A DNA stretch of 64,000 nt from Curvularia clavata (taxonomy: Eukaryota): the NCBI GenBank assembly GCA_023920165.1, contig CP089281.1:1984001-2048000 (forward strand). Reading direction: 5' to 3'. The notes beneath the pieces are model-generated. The model worked only from the letters and a program-made list of their open reading frames with translations. It made no database searches and was not told the DNA's origin. The translations under genes and the position numbers were made by a program. Position 1 is the stretch's first letter, and every line of letters begins with the position of its first letter. Shown piece by piece: positions 36,284 through 46,700 of this stretch.

Positions 36284-37576
36284 TCAACCTGAATGAGCGA
36301 TTTTGCGGTCGATGCCGAATTGGGCATCGAGGAATGCAAACGCTTTCCTTGTCAAAATGCCAAAAGCGCCCACTTTCGACTGCAAACCACCCGCACCAGC
36401 CTCCTCGCCAACCCACTTAACTTTCTTTCCCTTCGGAACGTTCACCAGCTCCTCGTAGATGCGATCGGTGCTGATCTCGGGTTGCGTGTACAAAGAGAAC
36501 CGTGCGCCCGTCACAAAAACTGGACACTTGACTTTGTGTAGGAAACCCGTGCCGTCGGCTGTCGCGAAAGTAAATCGCATCATGCTCCGAAACATGTCGG
36601 CAGTTGTGTTGACCCCATGCATCCAGAAAGACAAGTCCGATTCCCATCGCGTTTGCACATCCCACCATTTCAATAGACCGAGGAAGCTGTCCCAAAGCGA
36701 ATCCGGGGCAAAACCACCAGCCACAAAAGTATCAATGACTGGCTGTGGCATGCGCCCTTTGAGCAGGTCCCACATCGAGTAGAATGGGTCGACGGCGATG
36801 CATGCCTTTACCCGTTCGTCCGCTGCCCCCCTGAGTGCAAGATATCCACCCATGGAGGAGCCAGCCAGTGCGACGCGGGTTTTGTCTATGTCCAAATCGC
36901 GATTTTTTTCGATGTAGTCAAATGAAAAGTCAAGCACTTTTGATACAACCTCTTCCCAGTCGGGACGGAAGGGAATGTTATGCTTTCGGAGAACAATCCC
37001 TTGGCCAGGTCCTTCAAATGTAAGAACTGCGTAGCCCAAATCAAGCGCCGCCATGGGAAAAATAAAAAAAATCTCCTCCTGTGTCGCATCGGCACCGACT
37101 GTATTTACTAGGAGTGGAATCTTGCCAGGAAGCCTCTTGGAGGAATGAGGAAGGTGCAAGTAGGCCGGCAGTCTGATCTTTCCTTCGTAAGGGATTTCGA
37201 GTTTTCTGATGGACGAATCAAGGAGGTTTGCTGCACGCCAAAAGTTCGAGATCGATCTCTCCGAGTCTTTGAGGATGCGTGTGTCCTTTCCGTCGCGGCC
37301 ATTCAGCATAAATTGAGCAGCGCGTTGATAATTCGAGGCTCTGAAGAAGGCCCTCCTGGCAATCTCCCGCTGGCCTGAGAGCTCTGAGTCGGCAGCAAGC
37401 GTCTCAGCCTTCCTTCCTGCTTCTGTCCAAGCGGCATACCAGCTATCTGTATCATTGTCTTTGATCTTCGCCACAGCCTCGAAGAATTCTGCAATCTCTC
37501 CGCCCTCGTGGGCTGTGAAACTCAAGAGGCGCAGTGCCTCGAAATTGAAGAACTCAGATTTGAATATGCGGAACAT
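36284..37576 (-). CDS. Alpha/beta hydrolase of the Fus2/PsoB/CcsE type
   Basis: FFNFEALRLL, RASNYQRAAQF, DATQEE, FEGPGQG, RPDWE and nucleophile GSSMGGY. Confidence 0.9.
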   Translation of the reverse strand: MFRIFKSEFFNFEALRLLSFTAHEGGEIAEFFEAVAKIKDNDTDSWYAAWTEAGRKAETLAADSELSGQREIARRAFFRASNYQRAAQFMLNGRDGKDTRILKDSERSISNFWRAANLLDSSIRKLEIPYEGKIRLPAYLHLPHSSKRLPGKIPLLVNTVGADATQEEIFFIFPMAALDLGYAVLTFEGPGQGIVLRKHNIPFRPDWEEVVSKVLDFSFDYIEKNRDLDIDKTRVALAGSSMGGYLALRGAADERVKACIAVDPFYSMWDLLKGRMPQPVIDTFVAGGFAPDSLWDSFLGLLKWWDVQTRWESDLSFWMHGVNTTADMFRSMMRFTFATADGTGFLHKVKCPVFVTGARFSLYTQPEISTDRIYEELVNVPKGKKVKWVGEEAGAGGLQSKVGAFGILTRKAFAFLDAQFGIDRKIAHSG

Positions 37577-37914
37577 TGTAATGACGACGAGCAGTAATTG
37601 GGAAGCCTCTCACCACACTATTAGAATGTGTTATACAATAGTCGGCTTTACTTTTATCGGACATTGGTAGTAAGCGGCTAACCGATTCAGGATCACCGTG
37701 GCCGAGGACCGAACGACCAACATCGGTCGGCAGTACGTTGGTCGGAGCTGCATGTAAACAAGTGAGACATGCATGGAAAGGTAAGTGTGGTCAGCCCAGT
37801 CGGTCTAATGATAATCCACAACTGCACTCATACTCCACCCAACCCGACTACCCTAGTACTCTCTCTTACGATTATCGTTCGATATCGAGTAGACAGAAGA
37901 CAAGGCTCATCAAT

Positions 37915-39000
37915 ATGCCCTCTCACAACCCCAGAGTTCCGCTCATTCAAAGGGCTCTGGTATCTACTGGACCAGGCGTCCTTGCGCTGAAGCCAGTTCC
38001 CGTGCCTCGAATCGCTCCCGACGAAGTCCTGGTCCGCACAGTCGCTGTGGCTCTCAACCCTTCGGATTACAAACTGCTGGATCAATCAACGACTGCAGGT
38101 GCGATATCAGGAGCGGACCTGGCAGGCGTTGTCGTTCGAGTTGGTTCCAGCGAAGAAGCGCAGTCTTATCTCCAAGTCGGCGACCGTGTCTGTGGCTTTG
38201 CATTTGGTGCAAATCCAGGCAACCCTCACAACGGTGCATTCGCTCAGTATGTCGCAGCCACCGCAAGATTATGCGTTCGCCTACCCGACGACGTGAGCTT
38301 TGCCACCGCCGCTTCTTTGCCGATGGGCCTTTTCACGGTTGGATTCATTTTCAGAAGCCTCGGACTCGACATGGAACTGTCGACCACAACCGAAAACGGA
38401 AAAGCCAAAGAATTTGTCCTTGTCCACGGAGGCGGTACAGCAACTGGGACCCTTACCATACAGCTTCTCCGGAGAGCGGGATACAAACCCATATCGACCT
38501 GTTCGCCATCTAGCTTCGAACTAGCGAAGAGTCGAGGCGCCGAGGCAACGTTTGATTACAACTCGCCTACAGTGTGCGACGAGATACGTGAATACACGAA
38601 TGATAGCTTACGTCTCGTCGTCGACTGCATTGGTAGTCCAGAAACTATGACACTATGTTACAGTTCCATTGGAGACCGCGGTGGTCGTTATGCGGCTTTG
38701 GAACGTTACCCGCGTCGCTTGACGATCAGACGGCGAGACATCACGCACGACTGGGTCTACGGATGGACTATTTTCGGGAAAGAAGTCAAACTGGCCGGCG
38801 CTTATTACAGGCCAGAGCTTCCAGAAGATAGGATCATGGGTGAGCTGTGGGCCGAAGAAATGGAAAAAGTACTGCAAAGCGGTGAGCTGGAACCACATCC
38901 GCTGGATGTGTCTCCAGGAGGGCTGGGTGTGGTGCTTTCGAAACTTGACCTGCTGCGCAGAGGGAAGATCAGAGGAAAGAAGGTCGTTGTCATGATGTAG
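37915..39000 (+). CDS. Trans-acting enoyl reductase (LovC/CcsC-type MDR)
   Basis: VALNPSDYK, GAFAQY, HGGGTATG and GKKVV. ATG at 37915 gives 361 aa. Divergently transcribed from the hydrolase. Confidence 0.92.
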   Translation: MPSHNPRVPLIQRALVSTGPGVLALKPVPVPRIAPDEVLVRTVAVALNPSDYKLLDQSTTAGAISGADLAGVVVRVGSSEEAQSYLQVGDRVCGFAFGANPGNPHNGAFAQYVAATARLCVRLPDDVSFATAASLPMGLFTVGFIFRSLGLDMELSTTTENGKAKEFVLVHGGGTATGTLTIQLLRRAGYKPISTCSPSSFELAKSRGAEATFDYNSPTVCDEIREYTNDSLRLVVDCIGSPETMTLCYSSIGDRGGRYAALERYPRRLTIRRRDITHDWVYGWTIFGKEVKLAGAYYRPELPEDRIMGELWAEEMEKVLQSGELEPHPLDVSPGGLGVVLSKLDLLRRGKIRGKKVVVMM

Positions 39001-39927
39001 ATTGTCAAATTTCAATTATTTTCCTACACGGACCCAGCTATTCGAACCTAGTGTAGCTATCAAGGCACCACTAAATGGTGTAATGGAGTTTTAGGTTATA
39101 GAGTGATCTTTCACGTGAGGAACAGCTAGTCATGCGGCTTTGATTGATCAAACTAGATTCATGACATACGTCTTAGCTAGGTCATTTGCGAACATGACAA
39201 GAGACTGGAAGTACGCAGAAAGATTCAATACCTTGACTTCACTGAACCGCGGTTGGACTTCTTGTCGACATCCCAAACAAGTCCGATGGCCGATCATCCA
39301 TTTAGCAAGCTCCGTGATTCGTACATTCTCGAATTTGAAGCTTCGGCGCTCTTTGCCGATCAGTGTATGTGAAGCTGATATATTATGTAACTCGGCGTGT
39401 GTAAGTTAGATGCATGCCAAACCGGGGTTATGCTCACATCATTAGCGCCGACACGCATTGCGCCGGCGTTCCGAATTGGTTCAGTCAGGGTCTCAAACTA
39501 CCATTTCTCACGCCGAACATCCATTCAGCGAAACCCGTCGTAACAACCGTGCATCCCGAATTGACCAAAGGGGGTGACAAAGATGAGTCCGATTTCTCGA
39601 GCTAACAAAGCGCGACCAGGTCAACAGAGCCGCGCAACTATGCAACTAAAACTCCGAACGCGTTTTGGATGCCTCAATGCTACGACGAGGACTTTCGGCG
39701 GCGTTGTGCAGATTACGTTGAGTGGGGTGATTCTGGACGCCCACTACCTCGTTTATTGGGTATGAAAAATATACTATTGCTTGCATTGGGGATCGTTTAC
39801 AATACTTCTTGCGACGCTCCCAAGCCTGGAAAGACTTAAAATTGAATTCAGAAGAACGGCTAGATCACATTCCTCTTCCAGCAGTTACATTTCACTCCCA
39901 TTATCATCTAAAATTACCACCTTCGCC

Positions 39928-40509
39928 ATGGACTTTCTGCAACCTATAACCGGCGCACTGAACTCAACGGTGGCCCTGTCTGACTACGCTTCCACCCCGA
40001 TCACCCTAGAAAGACTCGGTTTGTCGCTTCTCCGCCTTGCACCGCTAGCCATCTCTTCCGGCTCCCTCATGTGCGCCTGGGATCAGCAGAACGCATTCCG
40101 TTCTTTTCTCGCGCCGCAAATCCTAGCCAAGCCTGGCCACCTCTCTGCCCACGTAGTCGTGGACTGGTTTGCCGAGTTCGCGAAGCCAACGAAATGGGTC
40201 ATCATGTTGTCGTACCCGCTGGCACTCATCATCGCCTTCATCAACGCCTTCAGCGCCGCGGGCGCGGGTCTGCACCCTCAGACCAAGACCTTCTACGCCG
40301 CGGGTGGGGTGCTGTCAATCCTGCACTTTTACTTCGGTGGCTATTCAATGATGTGGAATGCGCGCATTTCGAGCAAGGTGAATATTGGCAAAGCGAATGA
40401 GGATGCTTTGAGGGGATGGCTGGGAAACAATTATACGCGTATGCTTTGTGTCAATGTGCCGGCTTGGGTTATGTTTCTCTGCGCTACGGCCACGTTCATC
40501 AAGCTTTGA
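39928..40509 (+). CDS. Small integral membrane protein of unknown function (193 aa; possibly DUF1772/anthrone-oxygenase-like)
   Basis: ATG in a GCC-ATG-G context, about four hydrophobic segments and a C-terminal LRGWLGNNYTRML. Lies inside the cluster. Confidence 0.7.
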   Translation: MDFLQPITGALNSTVALSDYASTPITLERLGLSLLRLAPLAISSGSLMCAWDQQNAFRSFLAPQILAKPGHLSAHVVVDWFAEFAKPTKWVIMLSYPLALIIAFINAFSAAGAGLHPQTKTFYAAGGVLSILHFYFGGYSMMWNARISSKVNIGKANEDALRGWLGNNYTRMLCVNVPAWVMFLCATATFIKL

Positions 40510-41230
40510 TGACTGCCGGATTAGAACCCCGAGCGCTCTCCAACGCATGTCCGGCTCATGAATTGCGTTCCATATATCAATATAGAGCGATGAGGACATC
40601 TGCTGTAGGATGGAGTCCGGCATCAGAATTCGGACTTGGCAGGAGAAAAATTCCATGTAGGCTGGAGGGACTGGGGAGGGATTCCAAACATGCGTGATAG
40701 CTAAATCGTTTTATATGAAACTGCACGTCATTAATAGAATCTGTCAAGGAGAATCGCTTAATCATTGATCTGAGCTGACGTGATTTATCATCGACCAAGT
40801 GGTCGACAAATCATCTACTTCCTCGAACGGATTGGTTTAAGCGAGTGAAGCGATATTGCACATTGTAAATGGTAGAGGTTGCCTTACAGGTCAATCAAAG
40901 GTTCGATTAAATACAAATACTTCATGGGACAAAGAAATGTTGTCTTTTGGTGAGTTAATGTACTTAGAGGCAATGCCTACCGCTATTGACACAGGACCAT
41001 TACACGTTAGTAGCCCATATGACACACTTATTTTCGGGCAAAACTATGTCACAGTTCACGAGTCTATAGTAAGATTCACTCAGATAAGGTATCAGGCGAA
41101 CAATTCTGTCCTTGAGCTATAAAGAGAAATATCTATGCTCTGGAGGAGCTGGCATCACAGCACTACTAGCGAAAAGATCGTCAACATGGTGGATTGTAAA
41201 ATCACACGAGAACAGCGTGGCTGCCACCAA

Positions 41231-42896
41231 CTATCGTGCTAAATATACGTTGACCCCACCAGCGGGCGTCAACGTTAGTGTAAGATTCTCCTTCCACTCG
41301 CTCGAATCTTCACTCCAGATTGTTGAGAATTCTTGAGCGAATCGAATCAACACCAAAGATGCTTCTGTAATTGCATACTGCTGGCCGAGACAGATTCTTG
41401 GACCGCCGTTGAAAGGTATGTACTCCTGTTATCAAGGTCAGTTTCTCACCATCCAACGATTTGAAATGATCAAAAAGTTTCTTACCCAGGAAAACTTGCG
41501 CGATTCCCATCGCTCAGGACGGAACTCTTCAGCATCTTCTCCGAAGAGATCCTTTCGGCGATGCATAGCAAACACACTGTATATCACGACACCCCCTGAG
41601 GGGATGTGGATCGGATCCTCGCCATTTGGGCCGCCACCTCGGGGTAGCACTGTATCACGCACTGACACGCGTGTGTTGGAGGGGACCGGGGGATATAGGC
41701 GAAGCGCTGTTCATAAAATGTTAAACACATGACTCGTTTGATAATATCTCAACCTCCGACTCACTCTCATTAATACAATATCTGATATACTTCAAGTCGC
41801 GTAATTGGTCATATGTTGGAAGTTCTCCCTTGAGCTGGGCCACTTCATTTTTAACATTGTTCCAGATCTCAGGACGCCGCGCTAGCACGAAGAAAAGGCT
41901 TGACAGGAGACTGGCGACCGTGTCTCGTCCAGCGATAAGAATGTTAAGAATCTCGTCGCGGATCTTTTCTTTATCGTCTGTCGATTTCGCAAGCTCCCGG
42001 AGGAAGAAATTGCGATCGTGCTCCGTTGTTGGCTTCGTGTCTGACTCAGTAGCGTGCTTCCTCATCTGCAGGGCGGATTCTACGAATTGATCAACATAGG
42101 AGCGGCAAATTCTGTGCGCTTCAGCAACCTCTGGGTTGCGTTGGCGAAGTTTGCGAATTGGCCCCATACGGAATTGCAGCGCCATGTCTTTCAGCGAAGC
42201 ATTGAAGGAATCGCTGAATGCTTTGTCGGCAGCAGTGTTGGTTCCAAGTAGGTTGGTAGATCGACCAAATAGAAACTCAGTTGCGGAATCCAGCGTAAAG
42301 TGCAAGAAGAGAGGTTGAAGATCCACCAATTGGTTGTTGTGCACCAGCTTCAAAAGGTCTTCGATATGGCCATTGATGAGACTCAGGTCGGCGATCTGGT
42401 CCTTAACGAAATTGGGACGCAGCAGAGCTCGCGAATGCGACCATTCCTCTCCGTCTGAGACGAAGATGCCTTTCCCCAGGAGTTGGCCCATGATGGGTGG
42501 TCGGTCCCCTAGGCAATAATCTTGAAAGCGGCCAGCGAGTACGGTCTTCACATTGTCTGGGTCGATGGTGAAGACACCTCGACGGGCCAGGGCCCGAGCC
42601 GAAAAGGTATTTCCATAGGCTGCGTGGCGACTTCTTAATAGATCCAAGAATCCATTGCGTCGGAAAGCCCTTATATTCTGGATGATGAAGTCCAGGCCGA
42701 ACGCCAAAGGTATGTGTGGAAATTGGCCTTTGATCGGTTTGCATCCGTGCAGAACCGCAAACCTTGCTGCTCTCCTAGCTCTGACGACGCGGACGGCAAC
42801 AAGAATGGTCAAGCAAATGGAAAGTACAAGCCATGTTTCCGCTGCGCGCCATTTCTGAGATCCCCCAAATTCAATTAGAGAGTGGAGTAGTGGCAT
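41231..42896 (-). CDS. Cytochrome P450, CYP52-like alkane/fatty-acid omega-hydroxylase clan
   Basis: Exons 42896-41765, 41706-41486 and 41425-41231. Motifs [32 protein letters not shown] and [17 protein letters not shown]. Confidence 0.93.
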
Positions 42897-43109
42897 AATT
42901 GGGATGGTGTGAAGAGATAGGACTTGCGCAGGTCGAGGCTTGGGCGAAGATTAAAGATTGATGAGCAAAGTTGCCTTTCATTTGGGTCAGATTCATACTT
43001 CTTGGATATCTGCCTTGTAGCAGAGATGAATTGATTTCGTTGGTCAACGTGTGTGTCAGCATCGGGTGCCCAAGTGCTTGGACCATCACACGGAGTTGTA
43101 TCAATCCTA

Positions 43110-43320
43110 TCGGCACGACTGTGCACCCGGCACGTAGCATTGCACCTCCAGGAATCGGCAACCTTCTTCTCCCAATTCAGGCTCGCGCGCATGTCTTTTT
43201 CGGCAGTATGGGTCGCCGATGCGCGTATGGGAAGTCTGGACAAGCAGCCATCGGCGAACCAACGCCGAAAGCGCCAAATGCGTTCGAAACATTAGTAGGT
43301 AGGTGGTGCCTCTGCGCCGA
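43110..43320. promoter_or_regulatory. Cluster of TCGGC/GCCGA motifs in the divergent P450/PKS-NRPS promoter (candidate Zn2Cys6 sites)
   Basis: Seven copies at 43110, 43155, 43200, 43215, 43251, 43264 and 43316, including two inverted pairs. Confidence 0.55.
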
Positions 43321-43715
43321 ATGTCTCTCGGACGCCCTGCATCAGCGCACACCCAGCCACCCCCGCGGCCGGCCTACTGCCCGCCTCACGAGCTGATGGA
43401 CATGGCGCCGTTCTGCAGCATCGCAAACGCCATTCTGAGTGCCAGGCGTGTCCGAAACGGCGTGCGTTCGGTTGGGGGCGAGTCCTCTCGATTGGTGCGT
43501 GCTGACTCGTCAATAAGATTCGCGAGAGAACTCCTGTCATCACAGCGGCCATCGTTATTGACTGATATAGTATTGGTACCGTGCATGCCTCTTGGATTGT
43601 AATATGATGTTCTCTTAAGTGATTCAACCAATACATTACCGGCACGCCTCGGAAACCCCGAACACATCTTCACACGTCGTCCATTTTAGCCTTTCCGCTA
43701 TAATAAACTGGGACA

Positions 43716-46700
43716 ATGGCCAACAATACGTACAAGTCTGAACCAATCGCTATCATTGGCCGTAGCTGCAGATATCCAGGCCCAGCAACCTCCCCTTCTA
43801 AACTCTGGGAGTTCTTGCAGAACCCTCACGATATCTCTAAAAACGCGCCAAAGGAACGCTTCAACATCGATGGGTTCTATCACCCGAACGGCGAATACCA
43901 CGGTACGACCGATGCCCCAAAGGCGTACTGGCTGGAAGAAGATGCGTTCACTTTCGATACTTCCTTCTTCAACTATTCGCCCAGAGAAGCCGAGACCATT
44001 GACCCAGCTGGCAAGATACTGCTGGAAGTTGTCTACGAGGGCATGGAGTCGGCGGGTTTGACCGTTCAGGAATGCTCCGGAACAAAGATTGGGGTGTTTG
44101 TCGGCTTGATGACTGCCGACTACGAGCTGCTCACGGCCAAGGATGAGATATCAACCAGCCAATACTGTGTAACTGGAACATCGAGAGCCATTCTATCAAA
44201 TCGCGTATCCTACTTCTTCAACTGGACCGGCCCATCCATGACGATTGACACGGCGTGCTCATCTAGTCTTGTGGCAATGCACCAAGCTGTTCTCAGTCTG
44301 CGATCGGGAGAGAGCAACATGGCATGTGTAGCTGGTGTCAATGTCATGCTTAGCCCTGACGCCTTCACCATTGAGTCGAATCTACACATGCTGTCGCCTG
44401 ATGGCCATTCAAAGATGTGGGACGAAAGCGCTAATGGCTACGCCCGCGGGGAAGGTGCCGGCGTGTTCTTTCTCAAGACCCTTTCAAAGGCCCTAGCAGA
44501 TGGAGACAATATCGAATGCATTGTACGGGAGACCGGAGTTAACTCTGATGGGCGGACCCGCGGCATCACGATGCCGAACCCAGTGGCTCAAGCAAATCTC
44601 ATTAGAGATACATACGCTCGCGCAGGACTGGATGCATCAAATCCGGAGCAAATGTGCCAGTACTTCGAAGCACACGGTACGGGCACCCAAGCCGGCGATC
44701 CCCGTGAGGCCGAGGCAATCCACACTGCATTCTTTCCAGCCGCTTCTACCTCCTCACCACACTCAAGAGCCCGAGAGCTCATTGTGGGATCAGTAAAAAC
44801 TGCCATCGGACATACAGAGGGCGCTGCCGGGGTGGCAGGCGTTCTCAAAGCCATGATGGGATTGCAACAGAAGATTATCCCTCCAAACCTATATTTCCAC
44901 AATCCCAACCCCACTGTCAAGCCCTTCTTGAAGAGGCTGAAGGTTCCCACAGAGCCAGTGGTATGGCCTACTCCAGCCTCTGGACATCCAGCTAGAGCCA
45001 GCGTCAATTCCTTTGGATTCGGCGGAACCAACGCACATGCCATTCTCGAAAGATATGAGCCCAGCATACATGGTCAACAGGACCGAACGTTAACATCTGC
45101 GCCAACACTTCTCCCTGGTATACCACTTCTACTGTCTGCCAATTCTGACAAATCGTTGTCTCGCGTTATCAAAGACCAACTGGCTTACTTGCAAGCGACG
45201 CCAGATTTGGACGTCAATGCTCTAGTCGGTACCCAAGCGTTCCGACGATCTGTTTTTCCTTGTAAGGTCTCGTTCCCAGCTGCAGGAAAGGCAGAACTGG
45301 AACAGGCCCTGCAAAAGAAGTTGGATGCATCGAAAACCGGAGATATCGGCGTGCGATCCAAGGGAGATGGTGCTGGTCGCGTTTTAGCCATATTCACTGG
45401 ACAAGGAGCCCAGTGGTCGACTATGGGCAAGGCAATGATTGAAACCTCTGATCTATTCGCGAACTCTTTGCGATCGTGCAACGAAATTCTGCAGAGTTGT
45501 CCGGATCCGCCTTCGTGGGACCTTATCACCGAGTTGTTGCGGCCGGAAGAGTCGTCGCGATTGTCCGAAGCTTCTTTGTCGCAGCCGTTATGGTAATGCT
45601 TCCCATGATTGCATAGAAAGCTGCAGCAAACTAACGATGTTGCAGTACCGCGCTTCAGATAGCACTATGCGATCTTCTGTCACACTCGGGAGTCCGTCTG
45701 AGTGGCGTTTTGGGTCACTCTTCGGGGGAGATAGGCGCTGCGTACGCGTCTGGTGTCTTGAAAGCGAAAGATGCGATGCTCATCGCCTATTATCGCGGTT
45801 TCCACGCGAAGCTTGCCGGCGGCACTGATGGCTCTAAGGGTGGCATGATGGCTGTTGGAATGGGAGTTGATGATGCGCTCGACTTCTGTGGTCAAAATTC
45901 ACTCAAATCACGCCTTTATGTGGCAGCAAGCAACGCGCCGGCCAGCGTGACGTTGAGTGGCGATCTTGAATCGATCAAGAAGGGAAAAGCTCAACTCGAC
46001 AAGGAAAAGCGGTTCTGTCGGCAGCTCATGGTCGATACGGCATATCATTCTCATCACATGGACAGGTGTGCCACTCCTTACCTTGACTCTTTAGAAGCCT
46101 GTGGCATCGAAGCAGAGGAGGCCATCGCATCTTGCCCTTGGATCAGCAGTGTATATGGTCCATCAGGAAAGCCGACTACCAAGGAACTGAGAGGCAGATA
46201 CTGGCGAGACAATATGGTTCAGCCGGTACTGTTTGCCGAAGCGCTGGCTCGCATGTTGGCTGAACATGGACCCTTCGATGCTGTGCTCGAAGTCGGGCCG
46301 CACGCAGCCTTGAGAGGCCCAGCAAATCAAGTGATACAAGAGTCACTCGGATACACATTGCCATACTCTGGGGTGTTGAACAGATATAGCAACGAAGTTC
46401 TGGCATTTTCAGATGCACTGGGGATGCTGTGGTGTCATATCGGAGCATCTTCCGTGGACTTTCGTAGCTACTCTGCTGCTTTGGGATTACCTGCGAACAG
46501 ATATTCATTGGCTAGAGACGTTCCAACCTATCCTTGGGATCACTCGCAAAGTCTTCTACGTCAGCCTCGATTGATGAAACAATACCTGCACCGATCGAAT
46601 GCTCCCCATGAACTTCTCGGTATCCGAACTCTGGATGACACGCCATCGGATTATCGCTGGCGCAATGTCCTTAGGCCTTCAACAATTCCATGGATAAAAA

